52,314 nucleotides of DNA from positions 1 through 52,314 of the forward strand of contig JASLCF010000106.1 of NCBI GenBank assembly GCA_030146155.1. The letters are read 5' to 3'. This stretch comes from Savagea sp. (GTDB taxonomy: Bacteria > Bacillota > Bacilli > Bacillales_A > Planococcaceae). A model generated the notes under the pieces. That model did no database searches. It saw only the letters and a program-made list of their open reading frames with translations, and was not told where the DNA came from. Both the position numbers and the translations under genes were made by a program. This document shows, piece by piece, positions 1-13,442 of this stretch; position 1 is the first letter of the stretch, and each line of letters begins with the position of its first letter.

Positions 1-129
1 GGAACGTCAATCAACAACGCTTATGATTCATCGTAAAAGGAAGCCAACCTCATTATATTTTGAAGCGTTTTACCTGGATCAAATAATCACCCACAAAAAC
101 TTGACTCAATCAAATTTGATAAAAAAAGC

Positions 130-154
130 CGAAAGTCCGTTCGTATGTTATAAT
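130..154 (+). promoter_or_regulatory. LexA (Cheo/SOS) box and extended -10 of ruvA promoter
   Basis: CGAAAGTCCGTTCG at 130-143 vs Bacillus LexA consensus CGAACRNRYGTTCG (one core mismatch); TGtTATAAT at 146-154; ruvAB is a known SOS operon in B. subtilis. Confidence 0.65.
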
Positions 155-184
155 ATGACTGATGTTTAGAGGAAGGTGAAATCC

Positions 185-787
185 ATGTATGATTACATAA
201 AAGGAAATGTGACAGCGGTCCATCCTTATTATATTACAATTGAAAATGCAGGGATTGGCTATCAATTACAAACGCCAAACCCTTATGTTTTTCAAGTATC
301 TGACCAACCCATTAAAGTATATACGTATTTACATGTCAGAGAAGATACGCATAGCTTAATAGGCTTCCAACAATTAAATCAGCGTCATTTATTTGAGAAG
401 TTAATTACAGTATCAGGAATTGGTCCAAAAGGTGCTTTGGCTATTGTAGCGAATGGGGTGCCTGAGCAGGTCGTCCAGGCCATAGAAATGGAAGATGAGA
501 AATTTTTAGTGCAATTTCCTGGAGTAGGTAAGAAAACAGCTCGTCAAATGATTTTGGATTTAAAAGGAAAACTAACTGAGTTATTTGAACCCATTGCAAC
601 GGAAGAAGAGCCACATTTATTCTCAATGAGTGACAATCATCAATTAGATGAAGCGTTATTGGCACTAGAAGCACTCGGCTACTCTGCAAGAGAATTAGCA
701 AAAATTAAACAACAATTAGCAAAAGAAGATTGTTCAACGGAAGAATATATGAAACAGGCACTGCAATTATTAGTGAAACAAAGATAA
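185..787 (+). CDS. ruvA: Holliday junction branch migration protein RuvA
   Basis: MYDYIKG N-terminus, VSGIGPKGAL and FPGVGKKTA HhH motifs, ALEALGYS C-terminal domain; start moved to ATG 185 after GGAAGGTG RBS. Confidence 0.97.
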   Translation: MYDYIKGNVTAVHPYYITIENAGIGYQLQTPNPYVFQVSDQPIKVYTYLHVREDTHSLIGFQQLNQRHLFEKLITVSGIGPKGALAIVANGVPEQVVQAIEMEDEKFLVQFPGVGKKTARQMILDLKGKLTELFEPIATEEEPHLFSMSDNHQLDEALLALEALGYSARELAKIKQQLAKEDCSTEEYMKQALQLLVKQR

Positions 788-799
788 GGAGGAGTACTC

Positions 800-1807
800 G
801 TGGACGAACGGATTGTATCAGGAGAAGAACAATGGAATGAAGAAGGATTTGAAGAGTCGATTCGGCCAGAGACCCTCGAGCAATATGTAGGTCAAGACCA
901 AGTAAAAGAAAGTTTGACGATTTTCATTGAAGCAGCAAGAGCCCGTCAAGAAAGTTTAGATCATGTCCTCCTGTATGGACCACCAGGCCTAGGAAAAACA
1001 ACAATGGCACAAGTCATTGCGAATGAAATGGGTGTGAATGTAAAAACGACCAGTGGACCTGCTATTGAGAGACCAGGAGATTTAGCAGCAGTCGTGTCCT
1101 CACTTGAACCGGGTGATGTATTATTTATAGATGAAATCCATCGACTGCACCGGTCAATCGAAGAGGTTCTTTATCCTGCAATGGAAGACTTTTGTCTAGA
1201 TATCATGATTGGAAAAGGACCTGAAGCTCGTTCTGTTCGATTAGATTTACCCCCTTTCACATTGATAGGTGCTACGACTAGAGCAGGTTCATTATCTGCT
1301 CCTTTAAGAGATCGCTTCGGTGTGCCACTTCGTCTGCAATATTATGATTTAGAATCACTAAAAATTATTATTGAAAGAAGTGCCTCTGTGTTTAAAGTGC
1401 CAATAGAAGAAACAGCAGCTTTTGAAATTGCCAAACGTTCAAGAGGGACCCCGAGAATTGCAAATCGACTATTGAAACGTGTAAGAGACTTTGCACAAGT
1501 CCGTGGAAATGGTAAAATAACACTTTCAACTGCAAATGATGCACTTGAGTTATTACTTGTCGATCATTATGGATTAGATGAAATTGATCATAAACTAATG
1601 AAGCATATGATTACTCATTTCGGTGGCGGACCAGTCGGATTAGAAACGTTAGCAGCTACTATCGGTGAGGAAGCGGTCACCATTGAAGATGTGTATGAAC
1701 CCTATTTATTACAGATTGGTTTTATCCAACGAACCCCAAGAGGTAGAGTGGTCACTGCAACAGGGTATGCTCATTTTGGAGCACCCTATCCAGAACAAAA
1801 GAATTGA
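800..1807 (+). CDS. ruvB: Holliday junction DNA helicase RuvB
   Basis: GPPGLGKTT Walker [32 protein letters not shown] start after AAGGAGGAG. Confidence 0.98.
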   Translation: MDERIVSGEEQWNEEGFEESIRPETLEQYVGQDQVKESLTIFIEAARARQESLDHVLLYGPPGLGKTTMAQVIANEMGVNVKTTSGPAIERPGDLAAVVSSLEPGDVLFIDEIHRLHRSIEEVLYPAMEDFCLDIMIGKGPEARSVRLDLPPFTLIGATTRAGSLSAPLRDRFGVPLRLQYYDLESLKIIIERSASVFKVPIEETAAFEIAKRSRGTPRIANRLLKRVRDFAQVRGNGKITLSTANDALELLLVDHYGLDEIDHKLMKHMITHFGGGPVGLETLAATIGEEAVTIEDVYEPYLLQIGFIQRTPRGRVVTATGYAHFGAPYPEQKN

Positions 1808-1816
1808 GGAAGAAAG

Positions 1817-4005
<2,189 letters not shown>

Positions 4006-4040
4006 ATCTTGTATAATAGGAAAGGATTGGAGGGGAAAAC

Positions 4041-4307
4041 ATGGGTGGAGAACTAACGAGTACTTTACTAATGATCGCAATTATGTTCGGTATCATGTGG
4101 TTACTATTGATTCGTCCGGCACAAAAGCGTCAAAAGCAAACAAAAGCAATGCAAGATGCTTTACAACGTGGTGATGAAATCGTAACAATCGCAGGGATGC
4201 ATGGAACGATTGACGCAATTGAAGATACAGCGGTTCATGTAAAAATTGCAGACAACGTCATTATTAAACTAGAAAAACAAGCGATTGGTACTGTTGTAGG
4301 TAAGTAA
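4041..4307 (+). CDS. yajC: Preprotein translocase subunit YajC
   Basis: N-terminal TM helix, LIRPAQKRQK, LQRGDEIVTIAGMHG; follows tgt. Confidence 0.95.
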   Translation: MGGELTSTLLMIAIMFGIMWLLLIRPAQKRQKQTKAMQDALQRGDEIVTIAGMHGTIDAIEDTAVHVKIADNVIIKLEKQAIGTVVGK

Positions 4308-4337
4308 TCCTTGTCATTAGTTGACGACAAATCAATG

Positions 4338-4378
4338 AAGTCGGTTGTTATACAGTTGTACGACGCCGGCTTTTATTT
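4338..4378 (+). terminator. Intrinsic terminator after yajC
   Basis: aagtcgg-ttgt...acga-cgccggc hairpin followed by ttttattt. Confidence 0.6.
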
Positions 4379-4412
4379 ATTAATCGAATGATAAACGATA
4401 AGGGGTGTACCC

Positions 4413-4724
4413 ATGAAATATGAACTTCTATTCCAGGAAATACATCCAGCATTAGATAGTAAAGTGACTGAATTGCAATTGTACGACTATCAAGATATTA
4501 CGGATGAGAAATTATGGGAATTTTGTCTTCAGCATATTTGGAAAAATAAAGATGTCGAATCCCTTTCCTTACATAAAATTGTGAGTGATATATTGAAAAT
4601 AACAGGTGCTCAATACATGACAATGTCACATATTGAAACCCAAAAAGAAGAAGTAGATTGGTTCTCTGATTTAAATCAGGAAGAACTGCAAACCTTACTG
4701 GAACCGACTGCTAAAAAAGAGTAG
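4413..4724 (+). CDS. comN: Post-transcriptional regulator ComN (YrzD) family
   Basis: PALDSKVTELQLYDY...LWEFC...WK...LHKIVSDIL pattern; position just upstream of secDF as in B. subtilis. Confidence 0.8.
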   Translation: MKYELLFQEIHPALDSKVTELQLYDYQDITDEKLWEFCLQHIWKNKDVESLSLHKIVSDILKITGAQYMTMSHIETQKEEVDWFSDLNQEELQTLLEPTAKKE

Positions 4725-4751
4725 GTAACCGTATGAGGAGGAAAATGTAAA

Positions 4752-7022
4752 ATGAAAACTAGAGGAAGACTCGTCGCCTTTTTATTACTCATCGTCTTAT
4801 TTGCTTCGACGATTGGGCTCACATCAAAAGGAATTTTAAAAGATGTGAAATTAGGCTTAGATTTACAAGGTGGATTTGAAGTATTATATCAAGTTGAACC
4901 TTTAAAGGAAGGCGATAAAGTAGACGAGGCGTTACTTACAGATATATCTGATGCTTTAGGACGTCGTGTCAACGTACTTGGAGTAAGTGAGCCAAATATC
5001 CAAGTTGAATCAGGTAATCGTATTCGAGTACAGATTGCTGGAATTGATGATCAACAACAAGCGAGAGATTTATTATCTACACAAGCTAATTTAACGTTTC
5101 GAGATGTAGAAGATAATTTATTGCTTGATGGAAATGATTTAAAAGCTGGGCGTGCGAAAGCAGATTTCCACCCAGATACAAAAAAACCAGTCGTTACACT
5201 TGAATTAAAAAGTGCCGATAAATTTGGAGAAGTAACAACTGCGATTTCTCAGAAAAAACCAAACAACCAAATGGTGATTTGGTTAGATTTTGAAGAAGGG
5301 GTCGACTCTTTTGTTGAAGAAATTCAAAAAGAGAATCCTAAATTTATTTCTGCCCCTAACGTAGATCGTCCGATTTTATCTTCAAATGTTGAAATCTCTG
5401 GAAGCTTTACAATTGAAGAAACAAAAAATTTGGCAGGGATTTTAAATGCGGGAGCGTTACCTGTTAAATTAACAGAGATTTATTCTACTTCAGTAGGTGC
5501 TCAGTTTGGTGAACAAGCACTAGATAAGACAATCGTAGCAGGCGTAGTTGGTATTGGACTCATTTTTGTATTTATGATGTTATTTTACCGTGTCCCTGGT
5601 TTAGTTGCAGTAGCAACATTATCTATCTATGTTTACATTATCTTACTTGTCTTTACAAAAATTAATGGAGTCCTCACTCTACCAGGTATTGCAGCATTGA
5701 TGCTTGGAGTAGGGATGGCTGTCGATGCAAATATCTTAACTTATGAAAGAATTCGAGAAGAGTTAAGAGTAGGTAAATCGATTTCATCTGCATTTAAATC
5801 AGGTGCGAAAAGTTCTTTCACAGCGATTTTAGATGCGAACATCACGACTCTTTTAGCAGCAGTGGTTCTCTTTATTTATGGAACGAGTTCTGTTAAAGGG
5901 TTTGCGACAATGTTAATCATTAGTATTTTAGCTTCTTTCTTAACAGCTGTTTGGGGTTCAAGATTATTATTAGGTTTACTTGTCCAAAGTGGTGTACTCG
6001 ATAATAAGCCACAACTCTTCGGCATTAAGAAAAAAGATGTGCATAATATTGTAGAAGGTGTAGACACACTTGACCTTACGACAAAATTTGATCGCTTTGA
6101 TTTTGTTCACTCACGTAAGAAATACTATGTTTTTTCAAGTGTCTTAATTATCACTGGAATCATTATGTTATCGGTATTTAAGCTAAACCTTGGTATTGAC
6201 TTCTCAAGTGGTACACGTGTAGAAGTAATGGCGAAAGAACCGATTAACATTGAACAATTTGAAAAAGATTTAGCAGTTGTCGGTCATGATGTAAAAGACA
6301 TTGTGATTTCAGGTGACAATAAAGAAATCGGAGTGGCTCGATTCCAAGAAGAATTTACACAAGAGCAAGTCAATACATTTAAAAATGAATTAAAAGAAAT
6401 TTATGGTTCAGAACCAAACGTCTCTACTGTTTCTGATACAGTAGGAAAAGAATTGGCCAAAAATGCTTTATTTGCTTTAATGTATGCTGCATTAGGAATC
6501 ATTATCTATGTTGCCTTTAGATTTGAATGGCGCATGGGCGTTGCTTCAATTGTCGGCCTATTGCATGATGCATTCTTTATGATTGCGATGTTTAGTATTG
6601 TACGGATGGAAGTAGATATTACATTTATTGCGGCTGTCTTAACAATTGTCGGGTATTCAATTAACGATACGATCGTTACCTTTGACCGTATTCGTGAAAA
6701 CATGAACCGAGTAGGTAAAATTGCAACGGCAGATCAATTAGCGGATATGGTCAATAAATCATTGAGACAAACATTAGGGCGTTCTGTGAACACTGTCTTA
6801 ACAGTCATCTTCGTGGTTGTATCACTGATTGCATTAGGTGCAGATTCAATTAAACCATTCTCAGTTGCTTTATTAATTGGATTGTTAGCAGGGACGTATT
6901 CTTCAATTTTCATTTCAGCTCAAATCTGGTTTGATTTGAAGAAAAAAGAATTGGAAAAAACGGGTACAATTAAAATTGACAAAGACAAACCAAAGTGGGG
7001 TTCTGACGAGCCAGTTGTCTAA
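4752..7022 (+). CDS. secDF: Protein translocase subunit SecDF (fused)
   Basis: LGLDLQGG, GMAVDANIL, LGIDFSSG, GYSINDTIVTFDRIRE. Confidence 0.98.
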   Translation: MKTRGRLVAFLLLIVLFASTIGLTSKGILKDVKLGLDLQGGFEVLYQVEPLKEGDKVDEALLTDISDALGRRVNVLGVSEPNIQVESGNRIRVQIAGIDDQQQARDLLSTQANLTFRDVEDNLLLDGNDLKAGRAKADFHPDTKKPVVTLELKSADKFGEVTTAISQKKPNNQMVIWLDFEEGVDSFVEEIQKENPKFISAPNVDRPILSSNVEISGSFTIEETKNLAGILNAGALPVKLTEIYSTSVGAQFGEQALDKTIVAGVVGIGLIFVFMMLFYRVPGLVAVATLSIYVYIILLVFTKINGVLTLPGIAALMLGVGMAVDANILTYERIREELRVGKSISSAFKSGAKSSFTAILDANITTLLAAVVLFIYGTSSVKGFATMLIISILASFLTAVWGSRLLLGLLVQSGVLDNKPQLFGIKKKDVHNIVEGVDTLDLTTKFDRFDFVHSRKKYYVFSSVLIITGIIMLSVFKLNLGIDFSSGTRVEVMAKEPINIEQFEKDLAVVGHDVKDIVISGDNKEIGVARFQEEFTQEQVNTFKNELKEIYGSEPNVSTVSDTVGKELAKNALFALMYAALGIIIYVAFRFEWRMGVASIVGLLHDAFFMIAMFSIVRMEVDITFIAAVLTIVGYSINDTIVTFDRIRENMNRVGKIATADQLADMVNKSLRQTLGRSVNTVLTVIFVVVSLIALGADSIKPFSVALLIGLLAGTYSSIFISAQIWFDLKKKELEKTGTIKIDKDKPKWGSDEPVV

Positions 7023-7112
7023 TTGTTGAACATTGTCAAAGTAAGAAAAAACAGGGTATACTATGTGTATACGCTGTTTTTTTCTTGTATAGAAGAGTAG
7101 GGAGGGTATCAG

Positions 7113-7478
7113 ATGAAAAATCAATGGACTTTAATTATTGGATTATTATTTGCAATTCTAATTGCCGTATTTTCAGTTGTGAATGTGCGTCCTGTTTCAG
7201 TAAGCTTTTTATTCACTCAGGTGCAAATGCCACTTGTTCTTGTCATATTAGGTTCTGCGCTCATAGGTGCAATCATTAGTGGGTCAGTTGCTTTATTTAA
7301 AAGAATGGCTTATCAAAAGGAAATTAAAATGTTAAAAGCAGAAATTGCTGAAAAGGAAGAATTACTGCGTCAAGAACAATTAAGAATTATTCCTAGAGAA
7401 GAAGTGCAAGAAAGAGATATTGTAGAAGATGCTACATTCGTTTACCCAGTGATAGAGGAGTCTTCTGATAGACAATAA
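7113..7478 (+). CDS. LapA-domain membrane protein (YrvD-like)
   Basis: Two TM segments, AVFSVVNVRPVSVSFLF...PLVLVILGSALIG then coiled coil; located between secDF and recJ. Confidence 0.8.
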   Translation: MKNQWTLIIGLLFAILIAVFSVVNVRPVSVSFLFTQVQMPLVLVILGSALIGAIISGSVALFKRMAYQKEIKMLKAEIAEKEELLRQEQLRIIPREEVQERDIVEDATFVYPVIEESSDRQ

Positions 7479-7486
7479 GAAATAGG

Positions 7487-7541
7487 AGTCAGCACACTCA
7501 TCTAGTGAACAATACTCATTAGTTGAGTCTGCTGATTTTTT
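7487..7541 (+). terminator. Long-stem intrinsic terminator
   Basis: agtcagca-cactca...tgagt-c-tgctgatt followed by T run. Confidence 0.65.
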
Positions 7542-7668
7542 ATCTAAGCACAGAATTAGCAGCAGTTAAAAGTGAATCAATATCAACTTTCTCGAAGTCG
7601 AACTCGAAGTTAAGTAACAAAATAGTACGACTGAGGCTAAGTGCATTTAATGAAAAGAGGCATGTACA

Positions 7669-9972
7669 ATGATTGAATCAACAAAAGAATGGTTGATTGA
7701 ACAAGAGAATGAAAATCTAGTCAATCAAATCACAGAACAATTTAAGATTCCACGTTTATTAGCAAAAATAATTGCTGCTCGTTCAATTTCTTCAATGGAT
7801 GAAGTTGAACAGCTTTTACATCCTTCAAAAGAAATGATCAATGATTCTTTTTTATTTGATGGGATGGAAGAAGCAGTTGGCATTATTCAAGAAGCGATTG
7901 ACGCTCAAATCCCCATTCTAATTTATGGAGATTATGATGCTGATGGGGTAACGGGCACTACGATATTAATGAAAGCGATTCGGGAATTAGGCGGCCTCGT
8001 TGATTTTTGTATTCCTAACCGTTTTACTCACGGTTATGGTCCGAACACAGCCCTTTTTGAAGAGAAAATTACAGAAGGTTTTGAACTTATTATTACGGTT
8101 GATAATGGAATTGCTGGCATTGAAGCGATACATCATGCAAATTCCTTAGGGGCGACTGTGATTATTACAGATCACCATGATTTCGGTGAAGAATTACCCC
8201 AAGCTGATGCAATTATTCATCCAAACTTACCAGGTCAAACTTACCCTTATCCTCATTTAGCGGGTGTAGGGGTCGCTTATAAGTTGGCCACTGCATTGCT
8301 AGGCGAAGAACGTGAAGAATATTTGCAGTTTGTCGCAATCGGTACGATTGCCGATATGGTCCCTTTAACTTTAGAAAATCGATACTTTACGAAAATGGGT
8401 TTACAACAATTAAGACAAACTTCGAATGAAGGAATCAAAGCTTTAGCTCGCGTGGCCAATATCGAGCTTCAAGATGCGGATGAAATGACTGTGGGTTTTA
8501 GTTTTGGCCCAAGATTAAACGCCCCTGGACGTTTGCATTCTGCTGAAGTGGCAGTTCGCTTGTTATTATCAGAAACAAGAGAAGAAGCCGAACAACTTGC
8601 TGCAACGATTCAAGCGGATAATCAAACGAGACAAGGAATTGTGAATAGTATTATGGAACAAGCCAGTCAACTTTTAATTCAACAGTACGGCAATGAGTTA
8701 CCTCCAGTTATTGTCTTGTATCATCAAGACTGGAATCCTGGCGTCGTAGGGATTGTAGCTTCACGTTTAGTAGAAAAATACTATCGTCCAACTATTTTAT
8801 TCGGAGCAGACGATGTTGAAGGAATAGCAAAAGGTTCTGCAAGAAGTATTGAGGGCTTTCATTTATTTGAACATTTACAGCACCTGTCAGCCTATTTATT
8901 AAAATTCGGCGGTCATGAAATGGCAGCTGGGATGTCGATAGCCATTGAACAGATTGAATCTTTCACACAAGCCATCGGAGAACGAGCTATTCAATGTTTA
9001 ACAGCTGACCAGTGGATAGCAAAAGAACGAGTAGATGTGACTGTTGAAATAAGTGAGGTCACAGTTGATACGTTAGAACAACTTTCACAATTAAAGCCAT
9101 TTGGAATGGGTTTTGCTAAACCGAATATTAGAATTAAAGATGTAAAGATAAAGGATGCACGCAAAATTGGTGCCGACCGTAATCATTTTAAAGCAGTCCT
9201 TGAACAAGGAGCGTACACCTTAGATGCAGTAAGTTTTCATAAAGGGCAATGGGTGGACGAACTGACACCGGGTATCACTTGTTCAGTCCTGGGAGACTTG
9301 ACGATCAATGAATGGAATGGCAAAAAAAATCCTCAAATCATGTTGTCAGATTTGAAAAGCGAGGATTTCCAACTTTTTGATTATCGCGGAATTCAACAAC
9401 TTGAACGTTGGTTACCACTGATTCCATCAGATGCAGAATTAGTTGTATTTACTGATGCAGGGGAGCATTATTTTAAAGAAAAAATCCCACAATTGATTCG
9501 ATTTGAAGAAAAGAAGAGCTGGTCTTCAAATGTAGTTCTACTAGATTTACCTATACAATTTGAACAATTGACTAGCATTCTTCAATCGAAAAATGTACAC
9601 CGAATGTATACTGTTTTTTACCAAGCCAACCCCGTTTATTTAGAAACTTTACCTACTCGAGAAATGTTTGCTGAGCTATACAAAACATTGAAACAACGTG
9701 GTTTTCTCGATTATGAAAAAGAGTGGCAATTACTCGGCCAAGCAAAAGGTTGGAAAAAAGACACGATTATCTTCATGTTGAAAGTGTTTTTAGAGTTGAA
9801 ATTTGTTAAAATAGAAGATGGTGTCTTTCAGGTTAATAGTCAACCAAGCAAAAGTCCTTTAGAAGACGCGCCGAGTTATCAAGCGAGAATACAGCAATAT
9901 GCAATTGAAAAACAATTATTATTTAGCTCATATGCTGAGCTTCAGCAATTTGTGATTACGATGCGTTCGTAA
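7669..9972 (+). CDS. recJ: Single-stranded DNA exonuclease RecJ
   Basis: YGDYDADG, ITVDNGI, ITDHH, GSARS, FGGHEMAAG; Bacillales-type C-terminal extension. Confidence 0.97.
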   Translation: MIESTKEWLIEQENENLVNQITEQFKIPRLLAKIIAARSISSMDEVEQLLHPSKEMINDSFLFDGMEEAVGIIQEAIDAQIPILIYGDYDADGVTGTTILMKAIRELGGLVDFCIPNRFTHGYGPNTALFEEKITEGFELIITVDNGIAGIEAIHHANSLGATVIITDHHDFGEELPQADAIIHPNLPGQTYPYPHLAGVGVAYKLATALLGEEREEYLQFVAIGTIADMVPLTLENRYFTKMGLQQLRQTSNEGIKALARVANIELQDADEMTVGFSFGPRLNAPGRLHSAEVAVRLLLSETREEAEQLAATIQADNQTRQGIVNSIMEQASQLLIQQYGNELPPVIVLYHQDWNPGVVGIVASRLVEKYYRPTILFGADDVEGIAKGSARSIEGFHLFEHLQHLSAYLLKFGGHEMAAGMSIAIEQIESFTQAIGERAIQCLTADQWIAKERVDVTVEISEVTVDTLEQLSQLKPFGMGFAKPNIRIKDVKIKDARKIGADRNHFKAVLEQGAYTLDAVSFHKGQWVDELTPGITCSVLGDLTINEWNGKKNPQIMLSDLKSEDFQLFDYRGIQQLERWLPLIPSDAELVVFTDAGEHYFKEKIPQLIRFEEKKSWSSNVVLLDLPIQFEQLTSILQSKNVHRMYTVFYQANPVYLETLPTREMFAELYKTLKQRGFLDYEKEWQLLGQAKGWKKDTIIFMLKVFLELKFVKIEDGVFQVNSQPSKSPLEDAPSYQARIQQYAIEKQLLFSSYAELQQFVITMRS

Positions 9973-9994
9973 CACATGAGGAGGAAAACGGAAG

Positions 9995-10516
9995 ATGGAT
10001 TTAAAACAATATGTAACGATTGTAAAAGATTATCCGAAAGAAGGCATTAGCTTTAAAGATATTACAACTTTAATGGACCATGGACATGCTTATAAATATG
10101 CGACAGACGAAATTGTGAAATATGCTAAAGAAGTCAATGCTGAATTAATAGTCGGTCCTGAAGCACGTGGCTTTATTATTGGCTGTCCTGTTGCTTATGC
10201 ATTAGAAATTGGTTTTGCACCAGTTCGTAAACCAGGTAAACTACCAAGAGAAACAGTGGAAGTTGAATATGATTTGGAATATGGTACAGACCGGTTAACA
10301 ATTCACAAAGATGCAATTAAAAAAGGACAACGTGTGTTAATTGTCGATGATTTACTTGCAACTGGAGGCACTATCAAAGCATCCATCGAACTCGTTGAAC
10401 AATTGGGCGGTGTAGTAGCAGGTTGTGCATTCTTAATTGAATTAGATTATTTAGAAGGTCGTAAAAATATTGAAGGTTATGATATTCGAACATTAATTAA
10501 TTACGAAGCAGAATAG
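9995..10516 (+). CDS. apt: Adenine phosphoribosyltransferase
   Basis: [28 protein letters not shown]. Confidence 0.98.
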   Translation: MDLKQYVTIVKDYPKEGISFKDITTLMDHGHAYKYATDEIVKYAKEVNAELIVGPEARGFIIGCPVAYALEIGFAPVRKPGKLPRETVEVEYDLEYGTDRLTIHKDAIKKGQRVLIVDDLLATGGTIKASIELVEQLGGVVAGCAFLIELDYLEGRKNIEGYDIRTLINYEAE

Positions 10517-10529
10517 TCGTGTTTTAAGT

Positions 10530-10562
10530 GTCTCTTGATGATTTCATCGAGAGGCCTTTTTT
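10530..10562 (+). terminator. Intrinsic terminator after apt
   Basis: gtctcttgatga-tt-tcatcgagaggc followed by T run. Confidence 0.7.
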
Positions 10563-10697
10563 GTTTCCGTAGATTTCATTTGTCATGAAAGGCTTAGGCG
10601 TTTTACTCTAAAATGAGAAGAGGAAAGCTTTACAACTTACCCTTTTAACACGTACAATAGAAAGTATTACCTAAAACGAATAGAAAGGAGTATGAAG

Positions 10698-12908
10698 ATG
10701 GCTAAAAATCAAGATTTGACTGCTCAAGATGTGTTTGATTTAGTAGGCACGTATATGAATGAAGACAATGTAAACTTTATTAAAAAAGCCTATATTGCGG
10801 CCGAGCAATCACATGATGGTCAATTTAGAAAGTCGGGAGAACCTTATATTATTCACCCGATTCAAGTCGCTGGCATACTCGCAGAATTACAGATGGATCC
10901 TGCAACTGTAGCGGCAGGATTTTTACATGATGTGGTTGAAGATACAGAAGTGAGCCGAGAAGATATTGTGGAGGAATTTGGTGAAGAAGTAGCCGTTCTT
11001 GTAGATGGTGTAACAAAACTTGATAAATTAAAGTTTCGTTCAAATGAGGAAAAACAAGCAGAGAATCATCGAAAAATGTTTATTGCAATGGCGAGAGATA
11101 TCCGAGTCATTTTAATTAAATTGGCTGACCGCCTACATAATATGCGTACTTTAAAGCACGTACCTGAAGAGAAACAAAGAAGAATTTCTGCAGAAACATT
11201 AGATATCTTTGCCCCACTAGCCCATCGCTTGGGAATATCAACCATTAAATGGGAATTGGAAGATATTTCACTACGTTACCTGAATCCACAACAATATTAC
11301 CGAATCGTGAATATGATGAAAAAGAAGAGAGCCGAACGAGAGCAATATTTGGCAGAAGTAATGGAAATCATTCAGTATGAAGTTGATAATATGGGCATTG
11401 AAGCAGAAATATCAGGTAGACCTAAGCATCTGTACTCCATTTATCGTAAGATGGCCATCCAAAATAAAGAATTTAATGAAATTTATGATCTATTAGCTGT
11501 CAGAATATTGCTAAAAAGTATTAAAGATTGTTATGCAGTTCTCGGTATTATCCACACGTTATGGAAGCCGATGCCTGGCCGATTTAAAGACTATATTGCC
11601 ATGCCAAAACAAAATCTATATCAATCTATTCACACCACAGTAGTAGGTCCTGCAGGGGATCCGTTAGAAGTGCAAATCCGTACGGAAGAGATGCATAAAA
11701 TTTCTGAGTATGGGGTAGCTGCACACTGGGCATATAAAGAGGGCAAGGCAAAAGCCGATTTGAATGATAGCATTGACCAGAAGTTAACATGGTTTAGAGA
11801 AATTTTAGAATTACAAAATGACTCTACAAATGCAGAAGAATTTATGGAATCATTGAAGTTTGATTTGTTTTCAGACATGGTCTACGTATTTACTCCTGAT
11901 GGCGATGTCATTGAATTGCCAAAAGGCTCTGTTCCACTAGATTTTGCTTATCGAGTGCATTCAGAAGTAGGAAATCGAACAATTGGTGCGAAAGTCAATG
12001 GCAAAATGGTAGCCTTAGATGAACAGTTAGATACGGGAGATATTATTGAAATATTAACTTCGAAACAATCCTTTGGGCCAAGTAGAGATTGGCTAAAAAT
12101 AGCGAATACATCTCAAGCGCGAAGTAAAATTCGTCAATATTTTAAACGCCAATTAAAAGAAGATAATGTAGTGAAAGGCAAAGAAGCGATTGAAAAGGAA
12201 ATTAAAGATCAATTATTCGAAGTCAAAGATGTGATTACAAATGATAATATCCAACGAGCTTTAGATAAATTCAGCTTTGCTTCTGAAGAAGACATGTATG
12301 CAGGTGTCGGTTCAGGTGGTGTAACTGCTCAGCAAGTCGTCAATCGTTTAGCAGAAAAGTTAAGACGTGAACGTGAAAAGATTGAGACGATTGAAAAAAT
12401 AAAATCAGATATTGAAAAAACGAAAGAACAAGAACCGAAAAAGATTTCTGAATCGGGGGTCATCGTAGAAGGGATTGACAGTTTGCTAGTTCGCTTAGCG
12501 AAATGTTGTAATCCAGTGCCTGGGGATGAAATTATTGGCTTCATTACTAAAGGAAGAGGCGTATCTGTACACCGAACAGACTGTCCAAATACACATTTAC
12601 CAGAAGCTGAACAAAGTCGTTTGATTGAAGTGAGTTGGGCTGTCGGAGATACTGCGAAGTCTCAAAAAATGTTTGAGGTAGACATTGAAATTGTTGCTTT
12701 TGACCGTGCACATCTATTGAATGAAGTGATGATGGCTGTTTCAGAAATGAAAGTTCCAATTACTGCAGTTTCTGGCAAGGCCAATAAAGAAAAAGTAGCT
12801 AAAATATCGATGACAATCCAAATTACAAATATCAATCATCTGTATCAAATTGTAAAGAGAATTAAACAAATTCCAGATGTACATGCGGTACATCGAGTGA
12901 TTCATTAA
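10698..12908 (+). CDS. relA: Bifunctional (p)ppGpp synthetase/hydrolase Rel
   Basis: [17 protein letters not shown] hydrolase motif, [28 protein letters not shown] and ACT domains; ATG 10698 is best spaced from AAGGAG. Confidence 0.98.
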   Translation: MAKNQDLTAQDVFDLVGTYMNEDNVNFIKKAYIAAEQSHDGQFRKSGEPYIIHPIQVAGILAELQMDPATVAAGFLHDVVEDTEVSREDIVEEFGEEVAVLVDGVTKLDKLKFRSNEEKQAENHRKMFIAMARDIRVILIKLADRLHNMRTLKHVPEEKQRRISAETLDIFAPLAHRLGISTIKWELEDISLRYLNPQQYYRIVNMMKKKRAEREQYLAEVMEIIQYEVDNMGIEAEISGRPKHLYSIYRKMAIQNKEFNEIYDLLAVRILLKSIKDCYAVLGIIHTLWKPMPGRFKDYIAMPKQNLYQSIHTTVVGPAGDPLEVQIRTEEMHKISEYGVAAHWAYKEGKAKADLNDSIDQKLTWFREILELQNDSTNAEEFMESLKFDLFSDMVYVFTPDGDVIELPKGSVPLDFAYRVHSEVGNRTIGAKVNGKMVALDEQLDTGDIIEILTSKQSFGPSRDWLKIANTSQARSKIRQYFKRQLKEDNVVKGKEAIEKEIKDQLFEVKDVITNDNIQRALDKFSFASEEDMYAGVGSGGVTAQQVVNRLAEKLRREREKIETIEKIKSDIEKTKEQEPKKISESGVIVEGIDSLLVRLAKCCNPVPGDEIIGFITKGRGVSVHRTDCPNTHLPEAEQSRLIEVSWAVGDTAKSQKMFEVDIEIVAFDRAHLLNEVMMAVSEMKVPITAVSGKANKEKVAKISMTIQITNINHLYQIVKRIKQIPDVHAVHRVIH

Positions 12909-12921
12909 ATGGGGTGAAATC

Positions 12922-13362
12922 ATGCGCGTTATTCTTCAAAAAGTAAAAAAAGCAAAAGTCACAGTTGATCAACAAACAGTTGGCGAGATCGGCCGCGGTT
13001 TTTTATTATTGGTAGGAATTACACATACTGATACTGAGAAAGAAGTAGATGAAGTAGCTAAAAAAATAGCTGGCTTACGTTTATTTGAAGATGAACAAGA
13101 CAAAATGAACTGGTCGATTGATCAAGTAGAAGGAGCCATTTTATCTGTTTCTCAGTTTACACTGTATGGAGATACCTCAAGAGGACGTCGACCAAGTTTT
13201 ATTGATGCTGCAAGACCTGAACAGGCAAAGCCTTTATGGGACCGATTCAATGAACAGCTTAGAACTTATGACTTACAAGTAGAAACGGGAGTATTCGGAG
13301 CAATGATGGACGTAGAATTAATTAATGAGGGACCAGTAACTCTAGTCGTAGAATCAAAGTAA
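12922..13362 (+). CDS. dtd: D-aminoacyl-tRNA deacylase
   Basis: [29 protein letters not shown]. Confidence 0.97.
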   Translation: MRVILQKVKKAKVTVDQQTVGEIGRGFLLLVGITHTDTEKEVDEVAKKIAGLRLFEDEQDKMNWSIDQVEGAILSVSQFTLYGDTSRGRRPSFIDAARPEQAKPLWDRFNEQLRTYDLQVETGVFGAMMDVELINEGPVTLVVESK

Positions 13363-13401
13363 AGTGAGTGGAAAAGAGCTGGCCACATCATTTTACGCAT
13401 T

Positions 13402-13442
13402 AAAAAAGAGCCTTTCTTTTGAAGTTGAAAGGCTCCTTTTTT
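13402..13442. terminator. Bidirectional intrinsic terminator between dtd and the amidase gene
   Basis: aaaaaa-gagcctttc...gaaaggctc-cttttt between convergent genes. Confidence 0.75.

Noticed and set aside
1..169. Open frame at the window start (2-169)
   Set aside because: It runs through the ruvA promoter and LexA box with no recognisable motif; cannot be supported without upstream sequence.
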